The notes beneath the pieces are model-generated. The model ran no database searches. It was not told the origin of the DNA and saw only the letters and a list, made by a program, of their open reading frames with translations. The position numbers and the translations under genes are program-made. From an uncultured Fibrobacterota bacterium (GTDB lineage: Bacteria > Fibrobacterota > Chitinivibrionia > Chitinivibrionales > FEN-1185), in NCBI GenBank assembly GCA_963753345.1, contig CAVWBU010000026.1, positions 228,398-292,397 of the forward strand: a stretch of 64,000 nucleotides of DNA. The letters run 5' to 3'. How positions within the stretch are numbered: position 1 is the stretch's first letter; each line of letters begins with the position of its first letter. Shown piece after piece: positions 28,905 to 39,722 of this stretch.

Positions 28905-29888
28905 CTATCTCGTGATTACAAAGCGCGACTCTTCGGAAATGCCGCTTTGCTCAACTCTCACAAAGTAAACGCCCGGGGAAAGCCCTGCGAGGGGCACGCT
29001 CTGCGCCTGTTCACCGGCGGCAAGAGTCTGCACCGTCGAACGAAACATTTTTCCCCTGGAATCGGCAATGGACAGCAACGTGTTTCCCGCCTGCAGAAGG
29101 TTGAAGGAGACGCTCAATGCTCTATTGGCGAGGAATGTCCGGAGTGCCATTGCTTCATGCAACTGGCGCACAGCGAAGTTCGGAGCCGTTCCCGCCGGGC
29201 TCTTGAGCGAAAACTCTATCCAGTCGAAATTGAACCCGCCCTGGACATAGGTGTACTTGACAAGGTACAAGCCTGTGTCGAGCGTCACCTCGCCAACGTC
29301 GGGAAAGGTGTCCCACGCGTGCCAGACTTCGCTCTTTATCTGAGCTGCGGTCGGCACGTGCAGGTTGTTGATGTAAACGTTGGTCGTGGTGTCCTCGTTA
29401 AAGGTGATGCAGGTGGTGTTCGGTGTTGAGGCCGGGACTTCGTGCAGGCATATCGAGTAGGTGCCCGCGACATTGACGTGACAGCTCATTCTCTGGTATT
29501 CGCCTGGATCGATCCATGATATATGCCAGGTCTGTGAGCCTGTGGAATCGGTCATCAGATAGACCGTCCAGTCCCAATACGAATTGAAATACTGCATGTC
29601 AACCGGCAGGTCGGCCTGGATTTGCTGGCCGTTCTTGTCTAACCGCATCGAGCCGCCCTGATTCCCAACAGTGGTTTCGTGGAATCCAACGCCTTCGCCG
29701 CCCGAGTCGAAAAAGACGGCCTTAACCACGCCCGGTATCTGCTGGTAATGTCCGTTGAGCGTGTCGCAGCAGAAGGGCTTGCCCGTGTAGCTTGCGGGAA
29801 TGCCCGAGGGGATTACTGCCGCGCTAATGGACATTGCGCAAAACGCCGCCGCCATTGCCGCGATGGCAATTTTGTGATGAAGATGCAT
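28905..29888 (-). CDS. Secreted CBM6-like carbohydrate-binding protein, clade A
   Basis: Signal peptide; YTGKPFCCDTL..IPG..FFDSGGEGVGFH; WIDPGEY; WHAW; FNFDWIEF; CTD LSPGVYFVRV. Confidence 0.78.
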   Translation of the reverse strand: MHLHHKIAIAAMAAAFCAMSISAAVIPSGIPASYTGKPFCCDTLNGHYQQIPGVVKAVFFDSGGEGVGFHETTVGNQGGSMRLDKNGQQIQADLPVDMQYFNSYWDWTVYLMTDSTGSQTWHISWIDPGEYQRMSCHVNVAGTYSICLHEVPASTPNTTCITFNEDTTTNVYINNLHVPTAAQIKSEVWHAWDTFPDVGEVTLDTGLYLVKYTYVQGGFNFDWIEFSLKSPAGTAPNFAVRQLHEAMALRTFLANRALSVSFNLLQAGNTLLSIADSRGKMFRSTVQTLAAGEQAQSVPLAGLSPGVYFVRVEQSGISEESRFVITR

Positions 29889-29948
29889 AACAAAAACTCC
29901 TCTGAAAAATTGTTTGGAACTCTTGCCTTCTTTACGTAAAAGAACAGC

Positions 29949-30914
29949 TCACCGTGTAATAACGAACCGCGATTCCGCCATGATGCCGTCATGCCTAAGT
30001 TCCAGGAAGTAAACGCCGGGACGCAACGTGCCAAGAGGCATACTTTGCGAATGCGGTCCGGCAGCCAGAGACTTTGTAACCGGGTTTCCTACTAATTTGC
30101 CCTTGCAGTCCACAATTGAGAATGACGTCTTGCCTGACTGTGCAAGAGTGAATGAGATATTGATGCTGTTCTCCACGGGATTAACTTTCATTGCGTCTGG
30201 TTCTGTGACGTGAATAAGGCTTGTCTGCACGACTGGAGTGGGGTAGTGGAGATCAAAACTTATCCAATCCAGGTTCCAGCTGCCGAGCAAAAAAGTAATC
30301 TGAAAAACCTGTAGTCCGGTGTCGAGCATCACCGAATCCACATTGTTGTTCATGGTCCAGGAGTGCCAGAGTTCGGGGCATCCCGGCGGTACCGTTACAA
30401 CCGGCAGATTGATAACCGAATCTATTTTTGTCTTGGCACCGTCATAGTAGGTGAGCACTTCACAGTTTGGATAATAGGCGGTCGCCTGGTGAAAGCTGAT
30501 ATAATACATGCCTGCCGTATTCACATGGATGGAGTACTTGTTCCATTGCCCGTTCGAATCAATCCAGGCCAGATGCCAATAGCCGGCTTCATGCTGGTCG
30601 GTGATCATGTCGTAATCGTTGCCGCTGTATTGTTGCATGCATAAGGGGGCATCGGCCTGGATCACCTGACCGGCCTTGTTCAGCCGCATCGTGCCGCCTC
30701 CGCCGCAGCCGCCGGGGTAATGGAATGCAACCCCTTCCCCGCCCGAGTCGAAAAATACGCATACAACTTGTCCGGGAATCTGCTGGTAATGCCTATTGAG
30801 AGTGTCGCAGCAGAAAGGCACGCCGGTGTATCCCGCGGGAATGGCGGCGCTTGTAAAGGATACGGAGAGAAAGCATGCGATTGCCGCTACGGCAATTTTA
30901 AAAGAAAGGCGCAT
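29949..30914 (-). CDS. Secreted CBM6-like carbohydrate-binding protein, clade A
   Basis: IPAGYTGVPFCCDTL..IPG..DSGGEGVAFH; GCPELWHSW; CTD LRPGVYFL. Confidence 0.78.
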   Translation of the reverse strand: MRLSFKIAVAAIACFLSVSFTSAAIPAGYTGVPFCCDTLNRHYQQIPGQVVCVFFDSGGEGVAFHYPGGCGGGGTMRLNKAGQVIQADAPLCMQQYSGNDYDMITDQHEAGYWHLAWIDSNGQWNKYSIHVNTAGMYYISFHQATAYYPNCEVLTYYDGAKTKIDSVINLPVVTVPPGCPELWHSWTMNNNVDSVMLDTGLQVFQITFLLGSWNLDWISFDLHYPTPVVQTSLIHVTEPDAMKVNPVENSINISFTLAQSGKTSFSIVDCKGKLVGNPVTKSLAAGPHSQSMPLGTLRPGVYFLELRHDGIMAESRFVITR

Positions 30915-31000
30915 AGCAAAAGCTCCTTGTAATGGATGTATGATGCTCTTCCCTTGTTCTCGCGCTAAAATGACAAAATGGCGTTCATCTCATGTGTCAA

Positions 31001-32023
31001 TCACTTGAAGGTCTGGAACTTCACCGCTCCTGCATTGCCATTATGAGCAACGTGCAGGAAGTAAACGCCTTGTTTCAAGTTGGACGTGTTGACTGATGCC
31101 AGGTGCTCGCCTGCAGCCAGATAGCGGTTCATGATCTGCGAGACCTCCCTGCCGAGGCAGTCAAAAACCGTCACCCTGGTCATGCCCGCGTCTGGAATTG
31201 AAAAACGTGCTGTTTTTTGTGCAAGGGAAATATTCAGCGATCCGGCGCTTGTTGATTGTGCGGGAATCCGGCGAATTGCAGTTGTGAATTGGCCTGAATC
31301 TGCCGCGATAAAAAGGAAATCCTGGTTGAGATGGAATGAACCGTTCTGGAATTGCATCACTTGCACACCGGAATCAAGCTGGATTGACGCAAAATCGCTG
31401 AATCTTCTCCAAGCGTGGTAGGAGCCTGACCCATTGAGCGTTACGGCTGGTGTGCTGACGGTTGTGGTACCGTTCAAAAAATTAACGTGAAAGGTTACTG
31501 GCCAGGAATCTGCAGCCCAAATGGAGCTGATCCAGTATTTTCCCGCCCGTGGAACATGAATGGTGTACTTTGTCATGCCGTCCGGATGGCTGGCTCCGAT
31601 GTACCAATCATTAACCGAGGTATCGGAACCGGGATACCTGGTGCCGTTCGGATAAACTACTCCGGCCGCGTAAAAAGTGTCGGAGGACGGCACATGCCAC
31701 GTCAGGTATAAGGCAGGCCACGCGTTATCGCTGTCTGCGGGTATGCCGGGAATTTTGCCGTCCCTGCCGCCGGCATTGCTATTAGCTGCATAGGCCTGAT
31801 CGTCCTGGACAAAAGTGACGCCATTGGATTGTCCTAGCGATGGCGGTACATAGTCGTAATCGTGGAAACTAATTCTTCCCGGAATCTCGTGCGGCGCGCT
31901 GCCGGGAGGATAAGGCCTTCCGGGGTAGCCTGCAGGAATCGCTGCCTGTGAAACAGAAAAAAGAAACACTCCGGCTGCCAGAGCGGCTAGGAGAAATTTT
32001 GAAGAACTCCTCGCACTTTTCAT
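31001..32023 (-). CDS. Secreted CBM6-like carbohydrate-binding protein, clade B
   Basis: IPAGYPGRPYPPGSAPHEIPGR..FHDYD; YIGASHP; SYHAWRR; HLNQDF; CTD LKQGVYFL. Confidence 0.72.
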   Translation of the reverse strand: MKSARSSSKFLLAALAAGVFLFSVSQAAIPAGYPGRPYPPGSAPHEIPGRISFHDYDYVPPSLGQSNGVTFVQDDQAYAANSNAGGRDGKIPGIPADSDNAWPALYLTWHVPSSDTFYAAGVVYPNGTRYPGSDTSVNDWYIGASHPDGMTKYTIHVPRAGKYWISSIWAADSWPVTFHVNFLNGTTTVSTPAVTLNGSGSYHAWRRFSDFASIQLDSGVQVMQFQNGSFHLNQDFLFIAADSGQFTTAIRRIPAQSTSAGSLNISLAQKTARFSIPDAGMTRVTVFDCLGREVSQIMNRYLAAGEHLASVNTSNLKQGVYFLHVAHNGNAGAVKFQTFK

Positions 32024-32302
32024 CTTGTCTCCTCTTGGGCAACCGGTTGTTAGGATAGCCGATCAAATCAGTCTTCTTCCCTTGCACATAATATAAGAAG
32101 AAACAAGAGCTGTTACAGAATTCTTTTTGGCAAAAGAAGATCCCAGGAAAGAGTTTTGGAGATCTTTTTTCGGAGCATTGAAAAAAGCCTTCGGGTCAGT
32201 TACCTTGCCGAAAGGTGCGGCGACGTTGTCGTTTTGTTTCTATCCGCTCGTCCGATTGGGGTATCTGCATCTGGTGGAAGCATACGAGTTGCGGCTTGCA
32301 TT

Positions 32303-32412
32303 GAAAAACCCCGCCCCAAGTGGCGGGGTTTCTTCCATAGCTAAGGAAGTAGAATAATTTATATTCGCCCGCTAACCCCGCGCCAACTCGCGGGGTTAGC
32401 GGGCTGTGCTAT
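32303..32412. repeat. Non-autonomous palindromic element (MITE/REPIN-like), inverted relative to the 36396 and 53750 copies
   Basis: ACCCCGCC-CCAAGT-GGCGGGGT and CGCTAACCCCGCG..CGCGGGGTTAGCG hairpins flanking TTCCATAG..GGAA. Confidence 0.65.
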
Positions 32413-32520
32413 TCACGGCAGCGCAAAGGAATCAGCGGCATAACCAGAAAATTAAAGAAATGAGAAGAGGGGAGGGAGAGAATTTATGTATCCACTCTCC
32501 CTCTTTCTTTACAATCTTCT

Positions 32521-33498
32521 TTAGCGTGTTATGAGGAACCGCGATTCCACCATGATCCCATTATTTTCCATCTGCAAGAAATAAACACCCGGAGCCAGTT
32601 TTCCAAGAGGCAGGCTCTGCGATTGCGGTCCGGCACCCAGAGACTTTGCAACCGGGTTCCCGACCAATTTACCGCTGCAGTCCATTATTGAAAACGATTC
32701 CTTACCTGCTTGTTTCAGGTCAAAAGAAACCCTGAGCATGCTCTCCGTGGGCCGCACTTTCATTGCGTCCGGCTCTGTGAGGTGAACAGGGATTTTCCGC
32801 TCAACCTGTGTGGGGTAATGGAGATCGAAATTCATCAGGTCAAAGTTCCAACTGCCAATCAAAAAGGACACCTTGATAACCTGCAATCCTGTGTCGAGCA
32901 GCACTGAATCCACATTTTGATTGATGGTCCATGAGTGCCACACCTCAGGGCAGCCGGGAGGTACTGCGCAGATTGGCAGGTTCTTGACGGAATCAGACTT
33001 TACGTTGAGTCCGTCGTAATAAGTGAGCACCTCAAGGTTCGGATTATAGGCAGTCGCCTGGTGGAAGCTGACATAGTACATTCCTGCCGTATTGACATGC
33101 ACTGAATATTTGGTCCATTCACCCGGGTCGGTGGCAGTGGCCTGTTCCATCCATGCCAGATGCCAATAGCCGACTTCATGCTGGTCGGTAATCATATCGT
33201 AATCGTTGCCGCTGTAAGCCTGCATGCTTATTTTGAAATCGGCCTGGATTTGGTTCCCGCTTGCGTCCGAACGCATGGAACCGCCCTGATTGCTGCCGGC
33301 GTAATGGAAACCTACTCCCTCTCCGCCCGAGTCGAAAAATACCATGACCACTTGCCCGGGGATTTGCTGGTAATGCCTCTTGAGCGTGTCACAGCAGAAA
33401 GGCACGCCCGTGTATCCCGGGGGAATTGCGGCGCCAGGCAAGGATACGGTAAGAAAGCATGCGATTGCCGCCACAGCAATTTTGAGAGAAAGACGCAT
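32521..33498 (-). CDS. Secreted CBM6-like carbohydrate-binding protein, clade A
   Basis: Close paralog of 29949-30914 (shared YSGNDYDMITDQHE.GYWHLAW); CTD. Confidence 0.78.
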   Translation of the reverse strand: MRLSLKIAVAAIACFLTVSLPGAAIPPGYTGVPFCCDTLKRHYQQIPGQVVMVFFDSGGEGVGFHYAGSNQGGSMRSDASGNQIQADFKISMQAYSGNDYDMITDQHEVGYWHLAWMEQATATDPGEWTKYSVHVNTAGMYYVSFHQATAYNPNLEVLTYYDGLNVKSDSVKNLPICAVPPGCPEVWHSWTINQNVDSVLLDTGLQVIKVSFLIGSWNFDLMNFDLHYPTQVERKIPVHLTEPDAMKVRPTESMLRVSFDLKQAGKESFSIMDCSGKLVGNPVAKSLGAGPQSQSLPLGKLAPGVYFLQMENNGIMVESRFLITR

Positions 33499-33524
33499 AC
33501 GGGGAACTCCTCGGGAAGACGGCA

Positions 33525-34535
33525 TTAATGCGTGATTGTTATCGATTTCGCTTCCTTTATTCCGTCGTGCTCAACGTTTACAAAATACACTCCCTGGCGG
33601 AGGTTCTGCACGCCTATCGCCGTGCTCCGGGAGCCGACAAATCCGTTGTTGTCCAAGGTCTGGACAACCGACCTGCCGGCACAATCGGTGAGGGAGATTT
33701 TCGCGAAAGCCGGTGAAGCGGCATGGTAGGAAAGCATCAACCTGGCGCCGGACAAACTGGTCCTGATTCCCGCATGACCGGCCGAGGACCTCAAAAGGAC
33801 AGGCGCCTGTGTTCCGGTAGGGAGGAGTGTAAATCTCATCCAGTCGTAGTTCCAGCTGCCTGTCACAAAGGCCATCTTCACAACCTGCAACCCGGTGTCA
33901 AGAGTGACCGTGTCGACGTTCATAAAACAGTTCCAGGCATGCCAGACTTCCGGACAGCCTGCAGGAGTAATGCACATGGGCAAGTCCTTGATTGAATCTG
34001 TTCTTGTCGATGCACCGTTGTAGAATGTGATCAGCTGAAGGCTGGGAGGAGCATAGGCCTCGGCCTCCTTGAGATCTATTGTGTAGGTGCCGGCCACATT
34101 GACGTGCACAGTGTGTTTGTACCAGTCTCCCTCGCTTGTCGGGCCGGACGCATTTATCCAAGAAATATGCCAGGTGAGGGGTGTCGCGGTTACGGATGAG
34201 TCATGCTGACCGGAAGTACCATATCCCACAACATCCCAATCGTTGCCGGAATACGACTGCATGTCAACGGCGAAATCGGCCTGAATCTGCTGACCGTTCT
34301 TTAGTCTCATGGAGCCGCCCTGGTTGCCGTTGTCCCCGTCGTGGAACCCGACGCCTTCGCCGCCGCTATCGAAGAATACGCCCTTTACAATGCCGGGTAT
34401 TCCCTGTGGATGACCCAGGAGTGTGTCACAACAAAACGGCTTGCCCGTATACCCCGCGGGGATAGCGGCGCTGGCAAGAGAAGCGAGCAGAAACATTGAA
34501 ATCACGACAGCCGCAATTTTTGCATAGAGACGCAT
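33525..34535 (-). CDS. Secreted CBM6-like carbohydrate-binding protein, clade A
   Basis: IPAGYTGKPFCCDTL; DSGGEGVGFHDGDNGNQGG; GCPEVWHAW; CTD LRQGVYFV. Confidence 0.78.
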   Translation of the reverse strand: MRLYAKIAAVVISMFLLASLASAAIPAGYTGKPFCCDTLLGHPQGIPGIVKGVFFDSGGEGVGFHDGDNGNQGGSMRLKNGQQIQADFAVDMQSYSGNDWDVVGYGTSGQHDSSVTATPLTWHISWINASGPTSEGDWYKHTVHVNVAGTYTIDLKEAEAYAPPSLQLITFYNGASTRTDSIKDLPMCITPAGCPEVWHAWNCFMNVDTVTLDTGLQVVKMAFVTGSWNYDWMRFTLLPTGTQAPVLLRSSAGHAGIRTSLSGARLMLSYHAASPAFAKISLTDCAGRSVVQTLDNNGFVGSRSTAIGVQNLRQGVYFVNVEHDGIKEAKSITITH

Positions 34536-34929
34536 AACAAGACTCCTTTGGTTGATGAGGTGAGCCTCTTGCCCTTTTATCATTTTCAGCTCGTTGCAAT
34601 CGACGGCCCGCGGCAAAGAAGGCCGCTATCGAAATTGATAATGGGGGAAGTTCCGAATAAGAAGGCTTGATATGCTGTCGCGGGATGCAATGACTCTCGG
34701 AAGCCCGGCTGCAGATTTGTCGCCATCCCCCTCAGTATCAAGCGAAAAGGCCGCGATTCTTGATAGCCAACCAATATACCAATAGGCGCCCCGCCTTCTA
34801 AGGCACTTGTTCAAGAATACTGCGGGCCGGAATCTTTAGGAAAATATACACATATATAGATTGATCCGCCAGAAAAATTTTCGGTCTCCGGAAATACTGG
34901 GAACCATCAGGCTTGTGGCGCGGAACGAA

Positions 34930-36270
34930 TCACTGTTCGACAACCACGCGCCTCATGACTCCGTCCGGGTCCACGATATAATAAATGCCGGGGACAAGTT
35001 TTTGCGCTGCCTTGGCATTTGGCACAATGCGACCTCTGATGTCAACCACCCAGCTGTTACCATTGAAAGGATCACTGCGATGCCCTCCGCGAATGCCGGG
35101 CAATTGTATAACGCCGCCCCTGTAATTCGTATCGATCCAAACTGCCGAAAAGGCCAGGAGCGTAGCATTGCTCACCGGCTTTAGAGGTGTGAGAATCCTT
35201 GTCCATGTGTTGGTGGGCCATTGAACAAGGAATATGCAGCCCGAGTCTGTTCCGATTTTATGCCCCCAAGCGTCGCAAGAGACATAGTTGCTGTCGTTCG
35301 TGAAACACCATCCTCTGACATCGGAACCTTGATCGTTGGTATCTAACCCAAGACCAGCAGTGTCATTAGGGTTAAGTAATAAGAAGTTAGCCGGGGCCCA
35401 GTTTATGCCGATGGCCATTGTCTTAACGAGAACGGATGGCCAACTCACCGGAGTCGCATTCTCCTCCTGGAAAGGGAGCAGCACGCACGATTTATGCCGC
35501 GCCAGGCAGAATTCATCCAGCATGCAATGACACCATTGGTCAAACCCCGGATTATAAACGCAGATGTGGCCGTCATGCGACATCGAAGGCATGCAGCCTA
35601 ATTGAGGATATTCAGTTGGTTTATAGAAATCGGCGTTTGTGGCCGTGCCGGTGCCGTTATTGGGAATGGTAATCATTTTCGGACCCATGTTTGCATCGTC
35701 AAATCTCATGAATATATGATTGTGCGAGACGCCCATCGTGAACTCTGCAGAGCCCCCGGTTAAATTGGCGATTATATGGTCCGTGCCGAACGTGGGTGCG
35801 GCAGCACCGAAAGTGACGGGGATTGCATGTATTGTTGCATCGCCGGCTGCCCTGTAGACAACTTCCAACTCACCACTGGGAGCATGCCACCAGAAGGTGC
35901 AACAGCCCTCGCTGGTGGAGGCGTTCACCGCCGGCACGGCAGTTTTGAACTGCCCGTCGATGCGGATGATCTTGGGCCCCCCTGCGTTATAGAGGATCCA
36001 TTGTCCATCTTCGGTTATTTGAGTGCTGTTACACATTCCATCCTTATCGGAGTTAGGAATGAGAGTCGGAGTGTTCTGGCCTAATGGAGCAGTGTAAAGT
36101 CCATTCGCATACAGCAGACCACAGACCACCGTTCCTTTGGGAAGAACGGCCCCTGAATCCACATATTGTTTGGTAGCGACTTTGTGGACAAATGCCGGAC
36201 ATTGCGCTGAAGCCAAGCCGACGCCCAGAAGCAGTACCACGGCCAACCCATACACGCAAATACACCTCAA
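34930..36270 (-). CDS. Secreted Cys-rich, probably beta-propeller, hypothetical protein with a short C-terminal tail
   Basis: Signal peptide; ITEDGQWI and MSHDGHI blade-like motifs; tail VVDIRGR..PGIYYIV; TTG start with RBS. Confidence 0.65.
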   Translation of the reverse strand: MRCICVYGLAVVLLLGVGLASAQCPAFVHKVATKQYVDSGAVLPKGTVVCGLLYANGLYTAPLGQNTPTLIPNSDKDGMCNSTQITEDGQWILYNAGGPKIIRIDGQFKTAVPAVNASTSEGCCTFWWHAPSGELEVVYRAAGDATIHAIPVTFGAAAPTFGTDHIIANLTGGSAEFTMGVSHNHIFMRFDDANMGPKMITIPNNGTGTATNADFYKPTEYPQLGCMPSMSHDGHICVYNPGFDQWCHCMLDEFCLARHKSCVLLPFQEENATPVSWPSVLVKTMAIGINWAPANFLLLNPNDTAGLGLDTNDQGSDVRGWCFTNDSNYVSCDAWGHKIGTDSGCIFLVQWPTNTWTRILTPLKPVSNATLLAFSAVWIDTNYRGGVIQLPGIRGGHRSDPFNGNSWVVDIRGRIVPNAKAAQKLVPGIYYIVDPDGVMRRVVVEQ

Positions 36271-36395
36271 ATTTGATCTCCCTCTGCTAAACCAAATGAA
36301 AATGTGAACCGATCATGTCGGCCCTCTGCGTTTTGAATAGAATAATGTTGATCAGATCTCAAGACGAGCATATTCTTTTCAACAGATAAGCCCTG

Positions 36396-36512
36396 GAATC
36401 CCACAGCGAGCGCATTCCGCGGAGCTTGCTCCGGGGTTAGCGAGCAACTATGAGTATGTTTTCTTTCCATAGGAATGGAAGATTCCCCGTCCCGCGGGAC
36501 TGCGGGGTTCTT
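36396..36512. repeat. Non-autonomous palindromic element (MITE/REPIN-like)
   Basis: AATCCC..GCGAGCGCATTCC.CG.AGCTTGCT.CGGGGTTAGCGAGC.ACTAT..TTCCATAGG.ATGGAA.GATTCC nearly identical to 53750-53858. Confidence 0.8.
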
Positions 36513-36556
36513 CCATCTGCTTCCAGGGCTTATCCCAGGGTTGGCGGAATCGTAGG

Positions 36557-37582
36557 TTATCTAGTAACCTGGAGCCTGGCAGTGACGCTTGCATTGCCAT
36601 GCTGCATGCGAACGAAGTAAATACCATTTCTCAGGCCAATTTCGCTCAGTGCCAATGAATGTTTCCCGGCCGCCAGGTTTCGATCCAAAACCTTCGCGAT
36701 CTCTTTTCCAAGGCAGTCAAAGACCGAAATTTTTGTATTGCCCGCGTCCGGAAGCGAGAACCGCACGGCGCCCTGGCCTATGGCAATGCCAAAAGACGGG
36801 GAAGCGGCAGGATTGACAGAGGCTTGGCGAATCTCGGTTGTAAACTGGCCGGAGTCTGCGGCGATATAAAGGAAATCTTGGTTGAGATGGTATGAACCGT
36901 TCTGGAATTGCATTACCTGGATCCCGGAATCGAGTTGGATGGAAGTGAAATCACCGTACTCTCTCCAAGCGTGGTAGCTGCCCGATCCGTTGAGCGTTAC
37001 TGTTGGCGTGCTGACTGTGGCGGCGCCGTTCAGGAAATTGATCTTAAAGGAGATAGGATAGGCATCTGCCGCCCAGATGGAACTGATCCAATATTTTCCG
37101 GCTTTGGGAACATGTACTGTATACTTTGTCATGCCATCTGGATGGCTGGCACCTATATAATAGTCGGCGTGAGCCACAGAGGTGTCGGGACCGGGGTAAA
37201 TTGCGCCGTTAGGATAGGTAACTCCTGAGGCATAAAAAGTGTCGTGGTCTGCATGCCATGTCAGGTAGAAAGCCGGCCAGGAGTTGTCGCTGTCTGCGGG
37301 TATGCCTGCAACTTTTCCGTCCCTGCCGGCGGCAGTGCTTCCCGCTGAACCGGACAGATCGTCTTGGACAAAGGTTATCCCATTCGATCCCCCCAGGGAT
37401 GGCGGCACCCAGTCGTAGTCATGAAAGTTAACTCTCCCCGGAATCTCGTGCGGCGCGCTGCCCGGAGGATAAGGCAAACCTTTGTATCCTGCGGGAATCG
37501 CCGCGTTTGAAAGCGATACGAACATGACTCCTGCCGCCAAGGCGGCCGGAAAATACCTTGAAAAACGACGTACATTACCCAT
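36557..37582 (-). CDS. Secreted CBM6-like carbohydrate-binding protein, clade B
   Basis: Close paralog of 31001-32023; CTD LRNGIYFVRM. Confidence 0.72.
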   Translation of the reverse strand: MGNVRRFSRYFPAALAAGVMFVSLSNAAIPAGYKGLPYPPGSAPHEIPGRVNFHDYDWVPPSLGGSNGITFVQDDLSGSAGSTAAGRDGKVAGIPADSDNSWPAFYLTWHADHDTFYASGVTYPNGAIYPGPDTSVAHADYYIGASHPDGMTKYTVHVPKAGKYWISSIWAADAYPISFKINFLNGAATVSTPTVTLNGSGSYHAWREYGDFTSIQLDSGIQVMQFQNGSYHLNQDFLYIAADSGQFTTEIRQASVNPAASPSFGIAIGQGAVRFSLPDAGNTKISVFDCLGKEIAKVLDRNLAAGKHSLALSEIGLRNGIYFVRMQHGNASVTARLQVTR

Positions 37583-37623
37583 TCGATCCCCCTCTGAAAT
37601 TATAGGAATTACCGACAATGAGT

Positions 37624-38304
37624 CTAATTGTCCCGAATGCACCGGACACCGAGCCCGCATTGATAGGCGTTGTAGTATCTGCCCACGTATATGTCGTTGT
37701 AAACAAAAGCAAGGTCCTGCGCGCTCGTAGCGTCGTGTGCCGTAGCCGTCCACAAATAACCGAGGGAGCCGACGTACCAGAATGGCCCAAGGAACAAACG
37801 CCAACCGCACGGAAGCGCCGTAAATCCATATTCATCGGTGGCACCGGCATTAGGAGAATCCCAGTGCGCCGTCCCGGTTTCCTTCAGTTTTCCGCCAGCC
37901 ACGTTTGGGCCGCCCAGAAATGTGAAGAGCACTGTCCATTCCGAGTCGGTCGGCACATGCCAGCCTTTTGGAGCCAGTTTGCCGGTGTTTACCGCGTACC
38001 AATTGTACAGAGCGCCATAGGTCGCCTTGTAGGAGTCTGAATCGTTGTACCAGCAATAGCCGGGTGTTTTAAGCGCGGCCCATATTGTATCAACGGTAAC
38101 CAGTGGGATTGCCGTGCCGTCATTGAGCTTGGTTGTCTTCAGGTTTTCCGCCATCCAAGTTTGCGTCCCTATCGTGACATAGTGATAAACATTTCCGTCA
38201 ATGTCGGACATCGTTCCGGTTCTTGGCAGGGGCTGGGTGGGATTTTTGCCGCATCCAATAACCAAAGAAAGAACAGACGCCATGATTAAGAACCATTGCT
38301 TCAT
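37624..38304 (-). CDS. Fibrobacter succinogenes major paralogous (FISUMP) domain lipoprotein
   Basis: DIDGNVY..VTIGTQTWMAENL, YGALYNW.AV, LAPKGWHVPTD.EW, GFTALP.G.R and VRCIRD; lipobox VIGC. Confidence 0.92.
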   Translation of the reverse strand: MKQWFLIMASVLSLVIGCGKNPTQPLPRTGTMSDIDGNVYHYVTIGTQTWMAENLKTTKLNDGTAIPLVTVDTIWAALKTPGYCWYNDSDSYKATYGALYNWYAVNTGKLAPKGWHVPTDSEWTVLFTFLGGPNVAGGKLKETGTAHWDSPNAGATDEYGFTALPCGWRLFLGPFWYVGSLGYLWTATAHDATSAQDLAFVYNDIYVGRYYNAYQCGLGVRCIRDN

Positions 38305-38523
38305 AAGGTTTTCCTTTCCTTTCCACATGCCTTACTACCGAATTGAGTTGGCGTCCTGTCTGTCTTGATAATATAAATTCTGTTCGGGCTTCCGACGAGG
38401 GTGCCAAAACCTGAGCCAAGCGGGTTTCCTACCATGGCGAAATAAGTCCGTCGTCCAGCAATGCCGCCGAAATGAAAAAATCGCGGGGCCTGCAATTAAC
38501 AATTGGCGCACAGAGCTGTAAAC

Positions 38524-39555
38524 CTATTTCGCAATGGCCTCAAACCTCGCAACCGAATTTTCCGCATTGTGATTGATATGCAGAAAATAAACGCCCGGGT
38601 TTAAATTCGCGGCGGGCAATAGAGCCGTATGTTCTCCGGCACCGAGGTTTTTATTCATGACGCAGCCGATTTCCCTTCCCCGGCAGTCGAACACGGAAAT
38701 GGTTGTCTTTCCCGCATCGGGAAGCGTGAATCGCACTTCGTTTCGGGATACTGCAATTTTCAAAGCACCGGACGGCGCAAATTTTCCGGGTGTTTGAAAG
38801 ATTGCCGTGGTGAACTGGCCGGAATCTGCCGCGATATAAAGAAAGTCCTGATTCAAGTGATTGGACCCGTTCTGGAACTGCAATACCTGGACTCCGGAAT
38901 CAAGCTGTATGGAAGCGAAATCGCCGTACTGTCTCCACGCATGATAACTGGCTTCAGGAGGATTTAGCGTTATAGTTGGCGTGCTGACCGTATTGGTTCC
39001 GTTCATGAAGCTGAGGTGAAAAGTCATTGGAGGCGCGTCTTCCGTCCAGATTGAGCTGATCCAGTATTTTCCGGCTGTGGGAACATGTATGGTGAACTTC
39101 GTCATGCTGTTTGCATGGCTGGCGCCGATGTAACAGTCGGCAACCGTGGTATCGACGGCGTTGGGATATCGCACTCCGTTGGGCCATTTTACGCCGTCTG
39201 CGTAGAATGTGTCAAGATCATAGATGTTGTCATTAGTAAACCAGAAAGCAGGCCACGTCTTATCACTGTCCCCGGGTATGCCCGCAATTTTGCCGTCCCT
39301 GCCGCCGGCGTTGCTTCCAGCCGAACCGGACAAATCGTCCTGCACAAAAGTAACTCCCTGGGAATTCCCAAGCGATGGCGGTACGTAGTCGTAATCGTGG
39401 AAATTAACCCTCCCCGGAATCTCATGCGGCGCGCTGCCCGGAGGATAAGGCTTTCCAATGTACCCTGCAGGAATTGCTGCATTGGGAATTGAAACCAGCA
39501 AGAAAACAATGGCTAAAGAGGAAAGGAAAACGTGCGGACGACGTACCTCAATCAT
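38524..39555 (-). CDS. Secreted CBM6-like carbohydrate-binding protein, clade B
   Basis: IPAGYIGKPYPPGSAPHEIPGRVNFHDYD; CTD LNPGVYFL. Confidence 0.72.
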   Translation of the reverse strand: MIEVRRPHVFLSSLAIVFLLVSIPNAAIPAGYIGKPYPPGSAPHEIPGRVNFHDYDYVPPSLGNSQGVTFVQDDLSGSAGSNAGGRDGKIAGIPGDSDKTWPAFWFTNDNIYDLDTFYADGVKWPNGVRYPNAVDTTVADCYIGASHANSMTKFTIHVPTAGKYWISSIWTEDAPPMTFHLSFMNGTNTVSTPTITLNPPEASYHAWRQYGDFASIQLDSGVQVLQFQNGSNHLNQDFLYIAADSGQFTTAIFQTPGKFAPSGALKIAVSRNEVRFTLPDAGKTTISVFDCRGREIGCVMNKNLGAGEHTALLPAANLNPGVYFLHINHNAENSVARFEAIAK

Positions 39556-39722
39556 CTGATCCCCCTTAGGAAAATGAAACAAGACTACTAATTGTACTCT
39601 CTTTCCGGTAGTTAATATAATGAGAAAAACGGATGGCTATGTACAAATTTCTTTGCCAAAAACAACGGAACCCCGGGAGGTTTTCTTTCCCGGAGTTCCG
39701 TTTCAAACGGGAGGTGGAAGGC